From Pseudomonadota bacterium (lineage in GTDB: Bacteria; Pseudomonadota; Alphaproteobacteria; UBA2136; JASBTF01), in NCBI GenBank assembly GCA_030148545.1, contig JASBTF010000003.1:250-64249 (forward strand): a DNA stretch of 64,000 bases. The letters run 5' to 3'. Shown here piece by piece: positions 35,083-46,500 of this stretch. A model generated the notes under the pieces. The model made no database searches, was not told the DNA's origin, and saw nothing but the letters and a program-made list of their open reading frames with translations. Within the stretch, counting starts at the first letter, position 1; every line of letters begins with the position of its first letter. Position numbers and translations under genes: made by a program.

Positions 35083-35848
35083 AAACAGTATGTTTAAGTT
35101 TAAAGGTTGGGTTAGCGAACTGGTGTGGACAGCCGCCGCAATTCTTATTGCGCTCACAATTCGTGCTTTCATTATGGAGCCTTACCGTATTCCTTCCACC
35201 AGTATGGAGCCAACGCTGCATGTGGGTGATTTTGTGTTTGTAAGCAAATATATGTACGGCCCGCGTATTCCTTTTAAAACTGAACATGCTCTGTGGGAAA
35301 ATAACGTACAGCGCGGCGATGTTGTTGTCTTTAAGCGTGAGGCGGAAAACCTACCAGGCAGCCTGTTTGGTGTGGGTAGTACCTTCTTCATCAAGCGTGT
35401 GGTGGCTGTACCGGGTGACCGGGTGAGCCACATTAACAAGCGCCTGTTTGTTAATGGCCAGCAAGTGCCAACGCAATACCAAAGCGATATTACATACCAA
35501 CTGGCCAGTGGCGAAAGCCGCAGTGCTCAGCAGTTTACAGCAACAATGCCCGAGCACCGCCAGCACGATATTTTGCTAACGCCATATCGCCCATCGCCAA
35601 ACTTGCCAGAAGTACAAGTGCCAGAGGGGTACTATGTTGTTGTTGGTGATAACCGTGATAACAGCCACGATAGCCGTTTTTGGCAGCTTGAACCACAAGC
35701 GGAAGAAGTTGTAAAAGGCTCGCCATGGCGCTTTGTACCACGCAGCGATATTATTGGCCGTGCTGAGTTTATCTTGTTTAGCGTTGGCCCAGGCTGGAAC
35801 TTCCGCCTTAATCGTATTGGCCGTAATGTGCAGCCAAACGAGGTGTAA
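35075..35848 (+). CDS. lepB: Signal peptidase I
   Basis: Motifs IPSTSMEPTL, FIKRVV and GDNRDNSHDSR. Confidence 0.96.
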   Translation: MSKNSMFKFKGWVSELVWTAAAILIALTIRAFIMEPYRIPSTSMEPTLHVGDFVFVSKYMYGPRIPFKTEHALWENNVQRGDVVVFKREAENLPGSLFGVGSTFFIKRVVAVPGDRVSHINKRLFVNGQQVPTQYQSDITYQLASGESRSAQQFTATMPEHRQHDILLTPYRPSPNLPEVQVPEGYYVVVGDNRDNSHDSRFWQLEPQAEEVVKGSPWRFVPRSDIIGRAEFILFSVGPGWNFRLNRIGRNVQPNEV

Positions 35849-35850
35849 TT

Positions 35851-36504
35851 GTGGTTAAGGCACTTCAACACACCTTTACCGATGCAGCGCTGCTGCAACT
35901 AGCATTGCGCCACCGCAGTGCTGATGCCGCTCAACATTACGAGCGTTTGGAGTTTTTGGGTGACCGTGTATTAAACCTTGCTGTGGCAGAGGCGTTGTAT
36001 AAGCGCTACCCACAAGCGCAGGAAGGTGAGCTCGCAAAACGCCATGCCGCTTTGGTACGAGAGGAAACATTGGCACAAATTGCGCGCGCGTGGGAACTTG
36101 GCCAACATATTGAAATGAGTGACGCCGAAGCCGCCAGTGGTGGGCAGGATAAAAACTCTATTTTGGCCGATGCGGTGGAATCTGTATTAGCAGCCTTATA
36201 TTTAGATGCTGGCATGGCACCTGTACAGCAGTTGATTGAACAGTACTGGACACCTTTATTTGAGTCGGTCCCCTTGCAAGATCCAAAAACTGCCCTACAA
36301 GAATGGTTACAAGCTAAAGGCGCGCCGCTACCAGTTTACACGCAGGTAGATGCACAGGGAGCCCTGCATGAACGTGAGTTTACAATGCAAGTAGCAGCCG
36401 AAGGCTTTGGTACAGCACAAGGCATGGGGCGCTCCAAACAAGCGGCCAGCCAACAAGCAGCGGCAATGCTGTTGGAACAGATTAAAGAAAGTGAGAACAC
36501 TTAA
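35851..36504 (+). CDS. rnc: Ribonuclease III
   Basis: Motifs ERLEFLGDRVL and ADAVES; dsRBD starting DPKTALQE. Confidence 0.97.
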   Translation: MVKALQHTFTDAALLQLALRHRSADAAQHYERLEFLGDRVLNLAVAEALYKRYPQAQEGELAKRHAALVREETLAQIARAWELGQHIEMSDAEAASGGQDKNSILADAVESVLAALYLDAGMAPVQQLIEQYWTPLFESVPLQDPKTALQEWLQAKGAPLPVYTQVDAQGALHEREFTMQVAAEGFGTAQGMGRSKQAASQQAAAMLLEQIKESENT

Positions 36505-37434
36505 ATGACTGAACAAAAATGCGGTTTTGTGGCCCTAGTTGGCGCACCAAACGCGGGTAAATCAACATTGCTTAATGCTCTGGTAGGGCAAAAATTGGGT
36601 ATTGTAACCCACAAGGCGCAAACGACGCGTCGTAACGTGCGTGGTGTGTGGACCGAGGGCGATACCCAAATTATTTTTGTAGATACCCCAGGTTTGCTGG
36701 CTGATAGCCCTACACGCATGCTGGAAACACAAATGACCAAGCAGTACCAAACTGCGCTTGCCGATGCCGATGCGGTGGTGTTTGTACTCGATGCTAGCCT
36801 TAATGCCGCTAAAGTGGAACGACATGCTGAACGGTTCTTTTCTGTGCTGCAAAATGCCGAAAAGAAGAATAGCAAAAAAACGCCAAAAATCTTCCTTTGT
36901 TTAAACAAGGTAGATCTTGTAAAACCACGTAGCAATATGTTGCCACTTATGGAGCTGGTTAACGGTTTGGGCGATTTTGAAGAAGTGTTTGCTATCTCCG
37001 CGTTGAAAGATAAAGGTTTGGATAAAGTTCATGAAAAACTGAAAAAAGCCATTCCTGCTGGAAATTTCCACTTTGATGAAGATGAAGTAACGGACGTACG
37101 TAGTCGTGATCTTGCAGCAGAAATCACCCGTGAGCAAGCGTTACAGCTACTTCATGATGAAGTGCCGTATGATTTAGCGGTAGAAACAGTAGCCTATAAA
37201 GAGCAAGAAGATGGCTCTGTGCGTATTGACCAAAATTTGGTGATTCAGCGTAACAGCCAAAAACGTATTGTCGTGGGTGAGGGTGGTAGCAAAATCAAAG
37301 AGATAGGCACAAAATCCCGTAAGCAAATTATGGATGCCTTGGAGCAGCCAGTGCACCTATTTCTTAAAGTAAAAGTACGTCCTAAATGGGCAGATAACCC
37401 GCAATTTTTGGCCGAGCAGGGGCTGGCCCGCTAG
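36505..37434 (+). CDS. era: GTPase Era
   Basis: Motifs GAPNAGKSTL, QTTR, DTPG and NKVD; C-terminal KH domain. Confidence 0.97.
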   Translation: MTEQKCGFVALVGAPNAGKSTLLNALVGQKLGIVTHKAQTTRRNVRGVWTEGDTQIIFVDTPGLLADSPTRMLETQMTKQYQTALADADAVVFVLDASLNAAKVERHAERFFSVLQNAEKKNSKKTPKIFLCLNKVDLVKPRSNMLPLMELVNGLGDFEEVFAISALKDKGLDKVHEKLKKAIPAGNFHFDEDEVTDVRSRDLAAEITREQALQLLHDEVPYDLAVETVAYKEQEDGSVRIDQNLVIQRNSQKRIVVGEGGSKIKEIGTKSRKQIMDALEQPVHLFLKVKVRPKWADNPQFLAEQGLAR

Positions 37435-37436
37435 CT

Positions 37437-38135
37437 ATGCAACTGAGTGGCGAAGGCCTTATTCTCCATGCAAAAAAGCATGCAGAACAAGGGGTTATCG
37501 TCACACTATTCACAGCAGAGCATGGTCTGTTAAAGGGCTATTTACGTGCTTCTCGCAAGCTTGTGCCCCAACTGCAACCTGGTAATAGCGTACAGTTCAC
37601 ACATTCGCGCCGTCTAAACAACCAGTTAGGTACACTCACTTTAGAAATTACGGCACAACCACTAGCTTTGTGTAGCAGTGGTGCAGCGTTGCAATGTGGG
37701 CGTTATATAACGGAGATTTTGGCGCAATGTCTGCCAGAGGAAAACCCTTATCCACCTTTATATAAACGAACTGTGAACTTTATAAATGGGCTAGAAAAAC
37801 CTGATTTAGCGGAACGTTTGGCTTTATATGAGTTAAAGCTGTTGGTTACATTGGGGTATGGTTTGGCGTTAGATGCTGAATCCGCGGTGCCGTGCCCACA
37901 AAAAAGCCCACTGGCATTTATTTCTCCAAAATCTGGCCGTGCGGTACCACAGGAAGTAGGGCGCCCGTATGAAGATAAACTGCTACCATTACCTAATTTG
38001 TTTGGTGGGTTGGAATGTTCTGATAAATCAAAAGATTATCAGGATGCTTTTAAGGTAACAGGTTATTTTCTCAACCAGCTTTCCGATAAAAAATTACCAA
38101 TGAGCCGGGAAAGTGTTATTTCTGCGCTAATTTAA
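37437..38135 (+). CDS. recO: DNA repair protein RecO
   Basis: N-terminal OB fold, LGYGL, ISPKSGRAV and TGYFL (alphaproteobacterial style); synteny with era. Confidence 0.9.
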   Translation: MQLSGEGLILHAKKHAEQGVIVTLFTAEHGLLKGYLRASRKLVPQLQPGNSVQFTHSRRLNNQLGTLTLEITAQPLALCSSGAALQCGRYITEILAQCLPEENPYPPLYKRTVNFINGLEKPDLAERLALYELKLLVTLGYGLALDAESAVPCPQKSPLAFISPKSGRAVPQEVGRPYEDKLLPLPNLFGGLECSDKSKDYQDAFKVTGYFLNQLSDKKLPMSRESVISALI

Positions 38136-38455
38136 GCAGCTACTTGCTCATCCAGCATTTGTTGAAGCTCGCCAGCTTTAAACATTTCTACAGTAATGTC
38201 GCAGCCGCCAATAAACTCGCCATTAATGTAAACCTGTGGAATTGTTGGCCATTCGCTGTATTCTTTAATACCTTGGCGAATTTCTTCATCTTCCAGCACA
38301 TTTACATGGTGAAAATCTTGCTCCAACAAGGAGAAAACTTTAGCCACTTGCGCGCTAAATCCACACATTGGAAAGTCAGGGTCACCCTTCATAAACACCA
38401 TAACAGGTGCTTTGTTAATTTCTGCTTCAATGCGTTGTTTTAGCTCAGGTGACAT
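38132..38455 (-). CDS. grxD: Monothiol glutaredoxin Grx4
   Basis: Motifs FMKG...PMCGFS, WPTIPQ and GGCD. Confidence 0.96.
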   Translation of the reverse strand: MSPELKQRIEAEINKAPVMVFMKGDPDFPMCGFSAQVAKVFSLLEQDFHHVNVLEDEEIRQGIKEYSEWPTIPQVYINGEFIGGCDITVEMFKAGELQQMLDEQVAA

Positions 38456-39074
38456 TGCTCAATAATCCTTCTTGTTTTACGTATTCACGTAATGTTGTTT
38501 TACCATCAGCTAACCATGAGTTGTCAAGAAAATCCGCGAGTAGTTCTGGGTTTTCTAACTCATTTTTAAGGTGGTTGGTAATGCGTGTAATGTAGGCTGT
38601 GTCTGGTAAAATATCATCGCAGTACACTGGCCCATCATAATTATGTTTTTGTCGAATTTCTGCCCATATCTGTGTGCTGCGTTCGCTGCAACGTGCGATG
38701 TAATCTTCCTCATTTTTAAAAGAAATGCAGGTTAACGCGCTAATAGTACTTCCATCAGTTAATTTTACTGTAACATCGGTAAAGTCATAGTCATGTTCGC
38801 GACGAAAATAATGATCCAGCTCATCCTCAGGAATATCAATGAGAGCAACTTGAGTATTTATGCCTGTAGCTGGGCGAATAGTTACGGCTGCACTACGTTT
38901 TAAGCAGGGCAGGGTGCTCTCAGTTTCCAGCAAAAATGGGTGCACTTTGTTAAATATACGTTGCCAGTTTGGCAATATGCCTAAGCGATAATTTTTTAAA
39001 CTAGGACAGCTTGTTTTGGCTGATGGCTCACTTAGTAATGAGCCATAGCCAGCAACCGTTACATATTGTGTCAT
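38445..39074 (-). CDS. Gamma-glutamylcyclotransferase-fold protein
   Basis: N-terminal GYGSL, W.R.F and RE..Y motifs. Confidence 0.65.
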   Translation of the reverse strand: MTQYVTVAGYGSLLSEPSAKTSCPSLKNYRLGILPNWQRIFNKVHPFLLETESTLPCLKRSAAVTIRPATGINTQVALIDIPEDELDHYFRREHDYDFTDVTVKLTDGSTISALTCISFKNEEDYIARCSERSTQIWAEIRQKHNYDGPVYCDDILPDTAYITRITNHLKNELENPELLADFLDNSWLADGKTTLREYVKQEGLLSNVT

Positions 39075-39310
39075 GCCGCCTCAGTTGGGGTGAGCGTGGT
39101 AATTTTTAGCGCATGCAAACGTTCGGCAAAGGCATCGCCCAGTGCGCTATACACCATACGGTGGCGCTTAATGCGGGGCATACCCTCAAACTCAGAGCTG
39201 ATGATACGCGCTTCTAAGTGGGTCATATCCTGCTGTGGGTCGCTCACTTCAATAGTGGCGTTGGGCAGGCCTTGCTCCAGTAGGTTTGCTATTTCTTGCG
39301 CGCTAATCAT
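39071..39310 (-). CDS. bolA: BolA/IbaG-family protein
   Basis: HLEARIISSEFEG.PRIKRHRMVY.AL and LHALKI. Confidence 0.92.
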   Translation of the reverse strand: MISAQEIANLLEQGLPNATIEVSDPQQDMTHLEARIISSEFEGMPRIKRHRMVYSALGDAFAERLHALKITTLTPTEAA

Positions 39311-40854
39311 GCTGCTTCTTCCGCATTTTCTACCTTGGTGAGGTTGATTTGCTCTGGTGTTTCTGGACGCTGGTGAGGGAATAGCAATACATCGCGGATG
39401 CTAGGGCTGTTGGTGAGCACCATTACCAAACGGTCAATACCAATACCAATACCACCGGTTGGAGGCATACCGTACTCTAGGGCACGAATATAATCGTGGT
39501 CATAAGGCATAGCTTCATCGTCACCAGCTTTGGCTTGTTCTACCTGGGCAGCAAAACGCTCAGCTTGGTCTTGTGGGTCGTTCAGCTCGCTAAACATATT
39601 AGCCAGTTCCCAGGTATGAACGTATAGCTCGGAACGTTCGGCCCACTCTGGGCGATCATCGTAAGTACGTGCTAGTGGAGATGTGCTTTTAGGGAAATCG
39701 TAAATGAAGGTAGGCTGAATCAGCTTTGGCTCACACAGTTCTTCAAACAGAGTAGCAAATTTATGGCCGTAGTCCGCCCATTGCTCCAGCTTAATGCCAC
39801 GTTTGGCTGCTAACGCATCTAGTGTTTGCTCATTCTCTAGATCCGCATCAGTTGCGCCACCTAGCTCAATCAGTGCTTCACGCATGGTCATACGCTTGAA
39901 TGGAGCGCTAAAGTCTAGCTCATGCTCGCCGAAGGTGAGGGTGGTTGTACCAAACACGCGCTTTACTACTTCGCTAATGAGTGTTTCAGTGAATTGCATG
40001 TTTTCCTGCAATGTCCAGTAAGCTGCGTAGGACTCAAACATGGTGAATTCTGGGTTATGGCGTGTTGATACACCTTCGTTACGGAATACGCGTGCCATTT
40101 CATACACACGGTCAAAACCACCTACTACAAGGCGTTTTAGGTGGAGCTCTAGTGCAATGCGCAGGTTAAACGGCATGTCTAGTGCGTTATGTTCAGTAAT
40201 AAATGGCTTTGCTGTGGTACCGCCTGCTTGGTGGTGTAGCACAGGTGTTTCCACTTCCATAAAATCTTCTTCGGTCATGATTTGGCGGATGGTGCTCAAA
40301 ATCTGGCAACGTTTTTGGAATGTATTGCGAGACTCATCGTTTACAATCAGGTCCACATAGCGTTGACGATAGCGCTGTTCAACATCGCTTAGGCCTTGCC
40401 ATTTATCAGGGAGAGGGCGGATAGACTTGGTCAGCAATTCATAGCTGGTTACCGCAATGGTTAGCTCACCCTTGTTAGTGCGTGTCATGGTGCCGTTAAC
40501 ACCAACAATGTCACCAATATCCAACATTTTATCGACAAACTTAAAGCCATCATCACCCAAAGCGTTCACGGTGAATTCTAGCTGAATGCGGCCAGTTTTG
40601 TCTTGTAATTGGAGGAATGCGAGCTTACCAAAAGCACGCTTGAGCATAATACGACCTGCTACACATACTTCATGTGCCGCGGCTTGTAAGGCTTCTTTAT
40701 CTTGTTCGGCAAATTTTGTGTGTAGATCCGCAGCAAAGTCGCTTGGTTTAAAATCGTTCGGGAAAGGGTTTACACCCTGTGCGCGGAGCTCTTCAATTTT
40801 TTGGCGGCGTTGTTGGATAACAACAGGTAGGTCGGTGCTTGTATTTTGTGTCAT
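39307..40854 (-). CDS. lysS: Lysine--tRNA ligase, class II
   Basis: Motifs RYRQRYVDL, EVETP, FRNEG...HNPEFT and EYGMPPTGG.GIGIDRL. Confidence 0.98.
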   Translation of the reverse strand: MTQNTSTDLPVVIQQRRQKIEELRAQGVNPFPNDFKPSDFAADLHTKFAEQDKEALQAAAHEVCVAGRIMLKRAFGKLAFLQLQDKTGRIQLEFTVNALGDDGFKFVDKMLDIGDIVGVNGTMTRTNKGELTIAVTSYELLTKSIRPLPDKWQGLSDVEQRYRQRYVDLIVNDESRNTFQKRCQILSTIRQIMTEEDFMEVETPVLHHQAGGTTAKPFITEHNALDMPFNLRIALELHLKRLVVGGFDRVYEMARVFRNEGVSTRHNPEFTMFESYAAYWTLQENMQFTETLISEVVKRVFGTTTLTFGEHELDFSAPFKRMTMREALIELGGATDADLENEQTLDALAAKRGIKLEQWADYGHKFATLFEELCEPKLIQPTFIYDFPKSTSPLARTYDDRPEWAERSELYVHTWELANMFSELNDPQDQAERFAAQVEQAKAGDDEAMPYDHDYIRALEYGMPPTGGIGIGIDRLVMVLTNSPSIRDVLLFPHQRPETPEQINLTKVENAEEAA

Positions 40855-40904
40855 GTTGACAATTTATACGTGGTTTTGCTGGCTATGCAAGCCTTTGCAG
40901 CGAA

Positions 40905-41822
40905 TTATTTGCTGTAATGGTTGCTGAGGTATTTAAGCCCGGTGTCGCAGAAGAAGGTGAGCACGGTTTTAATATCGGGGTTTTGGGCACGAATTTTGTG
41001 CGCTGCAAGCCAGTTGGCAGCGCTGGTTGGGCCAACAAAAGTTCCAAACTTGGCAGATAAGGTGGGCATGGTCGCCAAGGCTTCCTCATCATCCACTAGT
41101 ACAATGTCGTCAATAGTGTCTTTATTGCGTTGCACAATGTCGGGGATAAAGCCGTCACCAATGCCTTCTAGCGCATGTTCTTCAAAAATGCCTTCTTTAA
41201 GGGTTGGGGCTTTGCTGGGTTCTAGAGCAAATACTTTTAGGTCGGGGTTATTATGCTTACGGAGCTCTTGGCCCACGCCAATCAGCGTACCGCCGGTGCC
41301 AATGCCTTGCACAATAGCATCCACCCGAGTGCCGTAAGGGAGTTGTAGAATCATCTCGCGGCCAAGCCAGCTGCGGTTGCTTTCAATATTCCACTCGTTG
41401 TCGAATTGGCCAGGGTTCCACCAGCCTTCTTGCTGGCCAAGCTCGTGAGCGAGGTTTTTAGCATCGGTTACATCAAACCCTTCGGTAAGGCGTACCTCGG
41501 CACCAAATGCTTTGGCAATGTTTACCCGTTCCATGCTGAAGGCATTGGGCATCACCATCACCATGTTATAGCCTTTGGCAGCGGCAACCATGCTCAAGGC
41601 ATTACCTGTGTTGCCAGATGTAGCCTCTACAATGGTATCACCGGGTTTAATCAGCCCTTCGCGTTCGGCGCGGTCTACCATGAATTTGGCAATACGATCC
41701 TTAATAGAGCCTGTAGGGTTAAGGAATTCGCATTTAATAAAAATACCATCCGCTAGCTCGAGCAGGGGGGTATTCCCAATAGAGCCGAGTAGCGAATGGT
41801 TGAGTCTGGTTGGTACAGGCAT
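40905..41822 (-). CDS. Cysteine synthase family PLP enzyme
   Basis: Motifs NPTGSIKDR, EATSGNTG and GIGTGGT. Confidence 0.9.
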   Translation of the reverse strand: MPVPTRLNHSLLGSIGNTPLLELADGIFIKCEFLNPTGSIKDRIAKFMVDRAEREGLIKPGDTIVEATSGNTGNALSMVAAAKGYNMVMVMPNAFSMERVNIAKAFGAEVRLTEGFDVTDAKNLAHELGQQEGWWNPGQFDNEWNIESNRSWLGREMILQLPYGTRVDAIVQGIGTGGTLIGVGQELRKHNNPDLKVFALEPSKAPTLKEGIFEEHALEGIGDGFIPDIVQRNKDTIDDIVLVDDEEALATMPTLSAKFGTFVGPTSAANWLAAHKIRAQNPDIKTVLTFFCDTGLKYLSNHYSK

Positions 41823-41846
41823 GTCCGTTAGAATACCTGTTTGGTG

Positions 41847-42329
41847 CTAAACCTCAATGGCTTTAAACGCAACTTCGATAATTTCGTAATTACGTGTGCC
41901 CCCAGGAGCACGCACAATAGCTTCGTCGCCTTCTTCCTTACCAATAAGAGCACGGCCAAGTGGGCTGGTGACGCTAATAAGGTTTTTTTCGCTATCTGCT
42001 TCTTCCGCACCTACTAGAACAAAAGTGTGTTCTTTATCGTCGTCGTCAGCAACGGTAACGGTGGCGCTGAGCTTGGCAGTGCTGCCGTTTTGTTCGGTAG
42101 GGTCAATCACTTGAGCACGACCTGTTACGCTTTCTAGCTCTTGAATACGACCTTCGTTAAAAGACTGCTGTTCCTTAGCGGCGTGGTATTCCGCGTTTTC
42201 GGAAAGGTCGCCGTGGGCGCGCGCTTCTTCAATTGCGGCAATAATTTGTGGGCGCACGGTTTGCAAGCGGTGCTTTAGTTCTTCCTGCAGTACGTTGTAA
42301 CCGCGTGAAGTGAGGGCAATACGTTCCAT
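41847..42329 (-). CDS. greA: Transcription elongation factor GreA
   Basis: Motifs [16 protein letters not shown] and [14 protein letters not shown]. Confidence 0.97.
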   Translation of the reverse strand: MERIALTSRGYNVLQEELKHRLQTVRPQIIAAIEEARAHGDLSENAEYHAAKEQQSFNEGRIQELESVTGRAQVIDPTEQNGSTAKLSATVTVADDDDKEHTFVLVGAEEADSEKNLISVTSPLGRALIGKEEGDEAIVRAPGGTRNYEIIEVAFKAIEV

Positions 42330-42606
42330 GTTTCTGCTCCTTTGTTTGGCTGCCGGTTAAGGCAAAATTTCCTATCATGCCTTTATTAAGCATGTTTTTT
42401 TTCCTATGTGTGCTGTGGGGTAGGGTGTTTTTTCCTTATTTTCCTTGTGGTAAAACCACAGCAACCCCCTTTTGGGGGTAGTCTTTTAAATTTATGCGTG
42501 TTATAACCTTCGTGTCAAGCATGTTGAGCGCAAGTACTAGAAAGGCGTCAGCATGAGGTGTGGCGCCAGGGTGACACAGTAATTTTAGGCAGTATTCGCA
42601 TAACAA

Positions 42607-44325
42607 ATGCATAACGACGTTATTGAGCAGATTAAGCAGCGCGTGTCGCTGGTGGATGTTGTGCGCGCTAAAGCACCGTCTATGAAGCGTAAAGGACGTG
42701 ACTGGTGGGCTTGCTGCCCGTTCCATCAAGAGAAAACACCTTCATTTAGTGTTAATGAGGAAAAAGGCTTCTACCACTGCTTTGGTTGTGGTCTGCATGG
42801 CGATATTTTTAGCTTTGTTCAAGAACAAGAAGGTCTGAATTTTCCCGAAACATTGAAAAAATTGGCAGATATGGCGGGCGTACAGCTGCCAGAAGAGCCA
42901 ATGCAGCAGCAGCGACAAGATGAAAAAGCTAAATTTTATGCAGCTATGGCGGCGGCGCAGGGGATGTTCCAAGGGCAATATAAACACTCTAGCGCTGCGG
43001 CATATGTTGAAAAACGCGGTTTGAGTCCAGAGGCTATTGCCCATTTTGGGTTGGGATATGCACTAGATAGCTGGGAAAACTTAAATACCAATTTGCAAGG
43101 CCAAGGCTTTAAGCCAGATACACTGCGTGAGGTAGGGCTAACTAAGCCAGGCAAACAAGGCCGGGGCGACTACGATGCGTTTCGTAACCGTTTAATGTTC
43201 CCTATTTACGATATGCAAGACCGTGTGGTGGCGTTTGGTGGTCGTGTATTGAGTAAGGATGATGAGCCAAAGTATTTAAATAGCCCTGAATCCCCGGTTT
43301 TTTATAAAGGCCGCCAGCTGTACAACTTGAATGGCGCGCGCACGGCGATTCGTGAAACTGGCGAAGCTTTAGTAGTAGAAGGCTACACCGACGTTATTGC
43401 GCTGTGGGAACATGGTTATAAGCATGCTGTGGCACCACTGGGTACAGCCATTACGCCAGAACAAGTGGAAACATTGTGGAAGCATTGCCAGCTTCCAACC
43501 ATTTGCTTGGATGGGGATAAAGCAGGGCAGCGTGCTGCGGCCCGGGTTGCAGAGCGTGTGCTCCCTATTTTAAAGCCTGGCTATAGCCTTAAATTTGTAT
43601 GGATGCCGCAAGGAAGTGACCCAGATACGTTGCTGCGTAGTAAAGGCGCTGGCGGACTAGAGAAGGTGCTGAGTGGTGCACAATCGTTAGAAGATGTGTT
43701 GTGGCAAGGTGCTCAGCAAGCTGGCGAGATGAATACTGGTGTGGGCCGTGCAGCGGTAGAGCAGGCAATTCAAGACATTGTAAAACAAATTAAACATGCC
43801 GATGTGGCCAAACATGTGCGCCAAGTACTGAAAGATCAGCTATGGCGCGCGACACGCCAAAATGGCAAAAAACAAAGATTCAGCAACAAAAAACAGGACA
43901 TACCCGAGGTCACAGGCGTGCCGTTGGAACGGCTCTTGCTTATTAGCGCCTGTCACCACATTGAGGTGGCGCGACAGTATGAAGAGGAGATTGCTGAATT
44001 GGCCTTCCACACGGGGCCAGAGCTAACAGTGCAAAAAAAATTGTGTGAATTTTTAGTGGCGGGGCTTGCAGATGATGCATGGCCTCCCTACCTAGAAGAT
44101 AGCGGGACGGAACAACTGTTGGCAGAGCTAAGTGCTGCCACCTTGATCGATCAGATCATTACACCCGCAACAGAGGTAGCTGAGTGGTGGGCCAATACGT
44201 ACCGACAATATCGGGTACGGCGCCAGGGTCCTGCACAAAGGGTAGCAGCTTTAGCAGCTTTTAAGGCTAATCCTAGTAAGGAAAACTTAGAGCTATTAAA
44301 ACAAGTACAGCGACGTAAGTCGTAA
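42607..44325 (+). CDS. dnaG: DNA primase
   Basis: [11 protein letters not shown] zinc finger, FGGR, KYLNSPE, EGYTD and DGDKAG. Confidence 0.97.
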   Translation: MHNDVIEQIKQRVSLVDVVRAKAPSMKRKGRDWWACCPFHQEKTPSFSVNEEKGFYHCFGCGLHGDIFSFVQEQEGLNFPETLKKLADMAGVQLPEEPMQQQRQDEKAKFYAAMAAAQGMFQGQYKHSSAAAYVEKRGLSPEAIAHFGLGYALDSWENLNTNLQGQGFKPDTLREVGLTKPGKQGRGDYDAFRNRLMFPIYDMQDRVVAFGGRVLSKDDEPKYLNSPESPVFYKGRQLYNLNGARTAIRETGEALVVEGYTDVIALWEHGYKHAVAPLGTAITPEQVETLWKHCQLPTICLDGDKAGQRAAARVAERVLPILKPGYSLKFVWMPQGSDPDTLLRSKGAGGLEKVLSGAQSLEDVLWQGAQQAGEMNTGVGRAAVEQAIQDIVKQIKHADVAKHVRQVLKDQLWRATRQNGKKQRFSNKKQDIPEVTGVPLERLLLISACHHIEVARQYEEEIAELAFHTGPELTVQKKLCEFLVAGLADDAWPPYLEDSGTEQLLAELSAATLIDQIITPATEVAEWWANTYRQYRVRRQGPAQRVAALAAFKANPSKENLELLKQVQRRKS

Positions 44326-44359
44326 ACGTAGTTTAAAAAACGGAACGGAGCATAGCGCG

Positions 44360-46354
44360 ATGAGCAACGTGGTAGAAGAAACAAAGCCAGCAATGAATGC
44401 GGCAGGTATTAATGAGAATGTTTCAGCTGAAGAGCTGGACCAGGCTAAAGGTCATGTAGAACCTGTTATTGAAGAAGATGACGATGATGGTGCTGCGGTT
44501 ACTGGCCTAGTAACTAGTGGTGAAGGCAAAAAATCTTCTGATGAAGATGGCGATGGTGCCATTCTTTCTGCACACCCTGACTTTTTCGGTAAAGGTGATG
44601 CGCCACGTACAGCTACTACTAAGCCAAAAGCAAGTAGTGAAGATTATGGCCGTACCGACGACCCAGTACGTATGTACCTACGTGAAATGGGTAACGTTGA
44701 GCTACTGACCCGTGAGGGTGAGGTAGCTTTGGCTAAGCGTATTGAAGCTGGTAAGCTGAAAATGAATGATGGCCTATTTACTATGCCATTAACATACAGC
44801 CTCATGGCTAAATGGTTTGCCGAAGTGCAGCAAGATGAGCGCTTTTTGCGTGATGTAATTGAGCTAAATGCTGCGATGGGTCAGCAAGGTGAGTTAAGCG
44901 ATGAAGAGCTAGCCGCAGCTGAAGAAGAAGAGCAAGAAGTGATGGCTGAAGGTGCAAATGAAGGTAGCGCCGAGCAGAAAGAAGCTGATGGCGAAACTAA
45001 AGAAGCAAGCAAAGAAGAAGGTGCTGAAGCTTCTGCAGAAGGCGAAGATCAAGAAGATGAAAATGACGGCTTGGATGATGATGAGGAAGATATCCTATCA
45101 CTAGCTGCTCAAGAAGAAATGCTCATGCCACGTATGACAGAGATTTTTACCGAGATCTCTCAAGCGGCTGAGCTGTTGAGCGAGCTGGATGCTAAGCGCA
45201 TGCAGATGGATTCTGACAATAAAGAGTTTGCTAAGCTAACCAAAGAGCACGACAAAACCATTAACAAGGTAAAAGAGTTAATGAATGAAGTGCCATTAAC
45301 ACCAAACCGTATTGATGATTTGGTTGGTCCGCTATATGGCACCTCTAAGAGCATGACCAAACTGGAAGCTGGTTTGCTGAAAAAAGCTATGGCTGCTGGT
45401 GTAAACCGTATTGAGTTCCTAGAATTATTCAGCAAAGAAGGTTTGAACGCTAACTTTGTTGAGCTTGCTAAAGCTAAGGGTGATAGTTGGAATGCGTTTG
45501 TAAGTGCAAACGAGGCCGATGTAGCTGCTGTACAAACTCAAGTAACTGATATGTGCCAAAAATTGGGCTTAACTGTGGCTGAGTTTAAAGCACTGCTAAA
45601 GCAAGTACGCCAAGGTGAGCGCGAAGCACGCACTGCGAAGAAAGAAATGGTAGAAGCTAACCTGCGTTTGGTGATTTCTATTGCTAAGAAATACGTAAAC
45701 CGTGGTTTGCAGTTCCTAGACTTGATTCAGGAAGGAAACATTGGCCTGATGAAAGCAGTAGATAAGTTTGAATATCGCCGTGGGTATAAGTTCTCTACTT
45801 ATGCAACATGGTGGATTCGCCAAGCGATTACGCGTTCTATTGCTGACCAAGCACGTACCATCCGTATTCCTGTGCACATGATTGAGACGATTAACAAGCT
45901 TAACCGTACTCAGCGCCAAATGATGAACGATTTGGGTCGTGAACCAACGCCAGAAGAGTTGGCTAAGGTGCTCGACATGCCGGTAGATAAAGTACGTAAG
46001 GTGCAAAAAATTGCTAAGGAGCCAATTAGCCTTGAAACCCCAGTGGGTGATGAGGAAGATAGCCACCTAGGTGACTTTATTGAGGATACCAACGCGGTTA
46101 TGCCACTAGATGCAGCGGTGCAAACCAACCTGCGTGATAGCGTAACAACTGTGCTGGCAAGCCTAACCCCGCGTGAAGAGCGTGTGCTACGTATGCGCTT
46201 TGGTATTGGTATGCCAACCGACCATACGCTGGAAGAGGTGGGCCAACAGTTTAGCGTAACGCGTGAGCGTATTCGCCAAATTGAAGCCAAGGCGTTGAAA
46301 AAGCTGCGCCACCCAAGCCGCGCTCGTGTAGTAAAGAGCTACTCTGAGCAATAA
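44360..46354 (+). CDS. rpoD: RNA polymerase primary sigma factor
   Basis: Motifs [39 protein letters not shown] and TRERIRQIE. Confidence 0.98.
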   Translation: MSNVVEETKPAMNAAGINENVSAEELDQAKGHVEPVIEEDDDDGAAVTGLVTSGEGKKSSDEDGDGAILSAHPDFFGKGDAPRTATTKPKASSEDYGRTDDPVRMYLREMGNVELLTREGEVALAKRIEAGKLKMNDGLFTMPLTYSLMAKWFAEVQQDERFLRDVIELNAAMGQQGELSDEELAAAEEEEQEVMAEGANEGSAEQKEADGETKEASKEEGAEASAEGEDQEDENDGLDDDEEDILSLAAQEEMLMPRMTEIFTEISQAAELLSELDAKRMQMDSDNKEFAKLTKEHDKTINKVKELMNEVPLTPNRIDDLVGPLYGTSKSMTKLEAGLLKKAMAAGVNRIEFLELFSKEGLNANFVELAKAKGDSWNAFVSANEADVAAVQTQVTDMCQKLGLTVAEFKALLKQVRQGEREARTAKKEMVEANLRLVISIAKKYVNRGLQFLDLIQEGNIGLMKAVDKFEYRRGYKFSTYATWWIRQAITRSIADQARTIRIPVHMIETINKLNRTQRQMMNDLGREPTPEELAKVLDMPVDKVRKVQKIAKEPISLETPVGDEEDSHLGDFIEDTNAVMPLDAAVQTNLRDSVTTVLASLTPREERVLRMRFGIGMPTDHTLEEVGQQFSVTRERIRQIEAKALKKLRHPSRARVVKSYSEQ

Positions 46355-46367
46355 GCTCAAGGTTGCT

Positions 46368-46393
46368 AAAAGGCCCTCGCAAGAGGGCTTTTT
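46368..46393 (+). terminator. rpoD terminator
   Basis: AAAAGGCCCTC-GCAA-GAGGGCTTTTT. Confidence 0.85.
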
Positions 46394-46500
46394 GGTGCAG
46401 TTTTTATAGGCAGATAGACTGTTTGTATGATGACGATAGATTGACACAAATAGGTAACTCACTTACCGTTGCAGCATATTTTAAGAAAAGGAGTTTTAAC

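Noticed and set aside
44400-45110. GAA/GAT-rich low-complexity stretch as a repeat element
   Set aside because: It encodes the normal acidic regions of RpoD.
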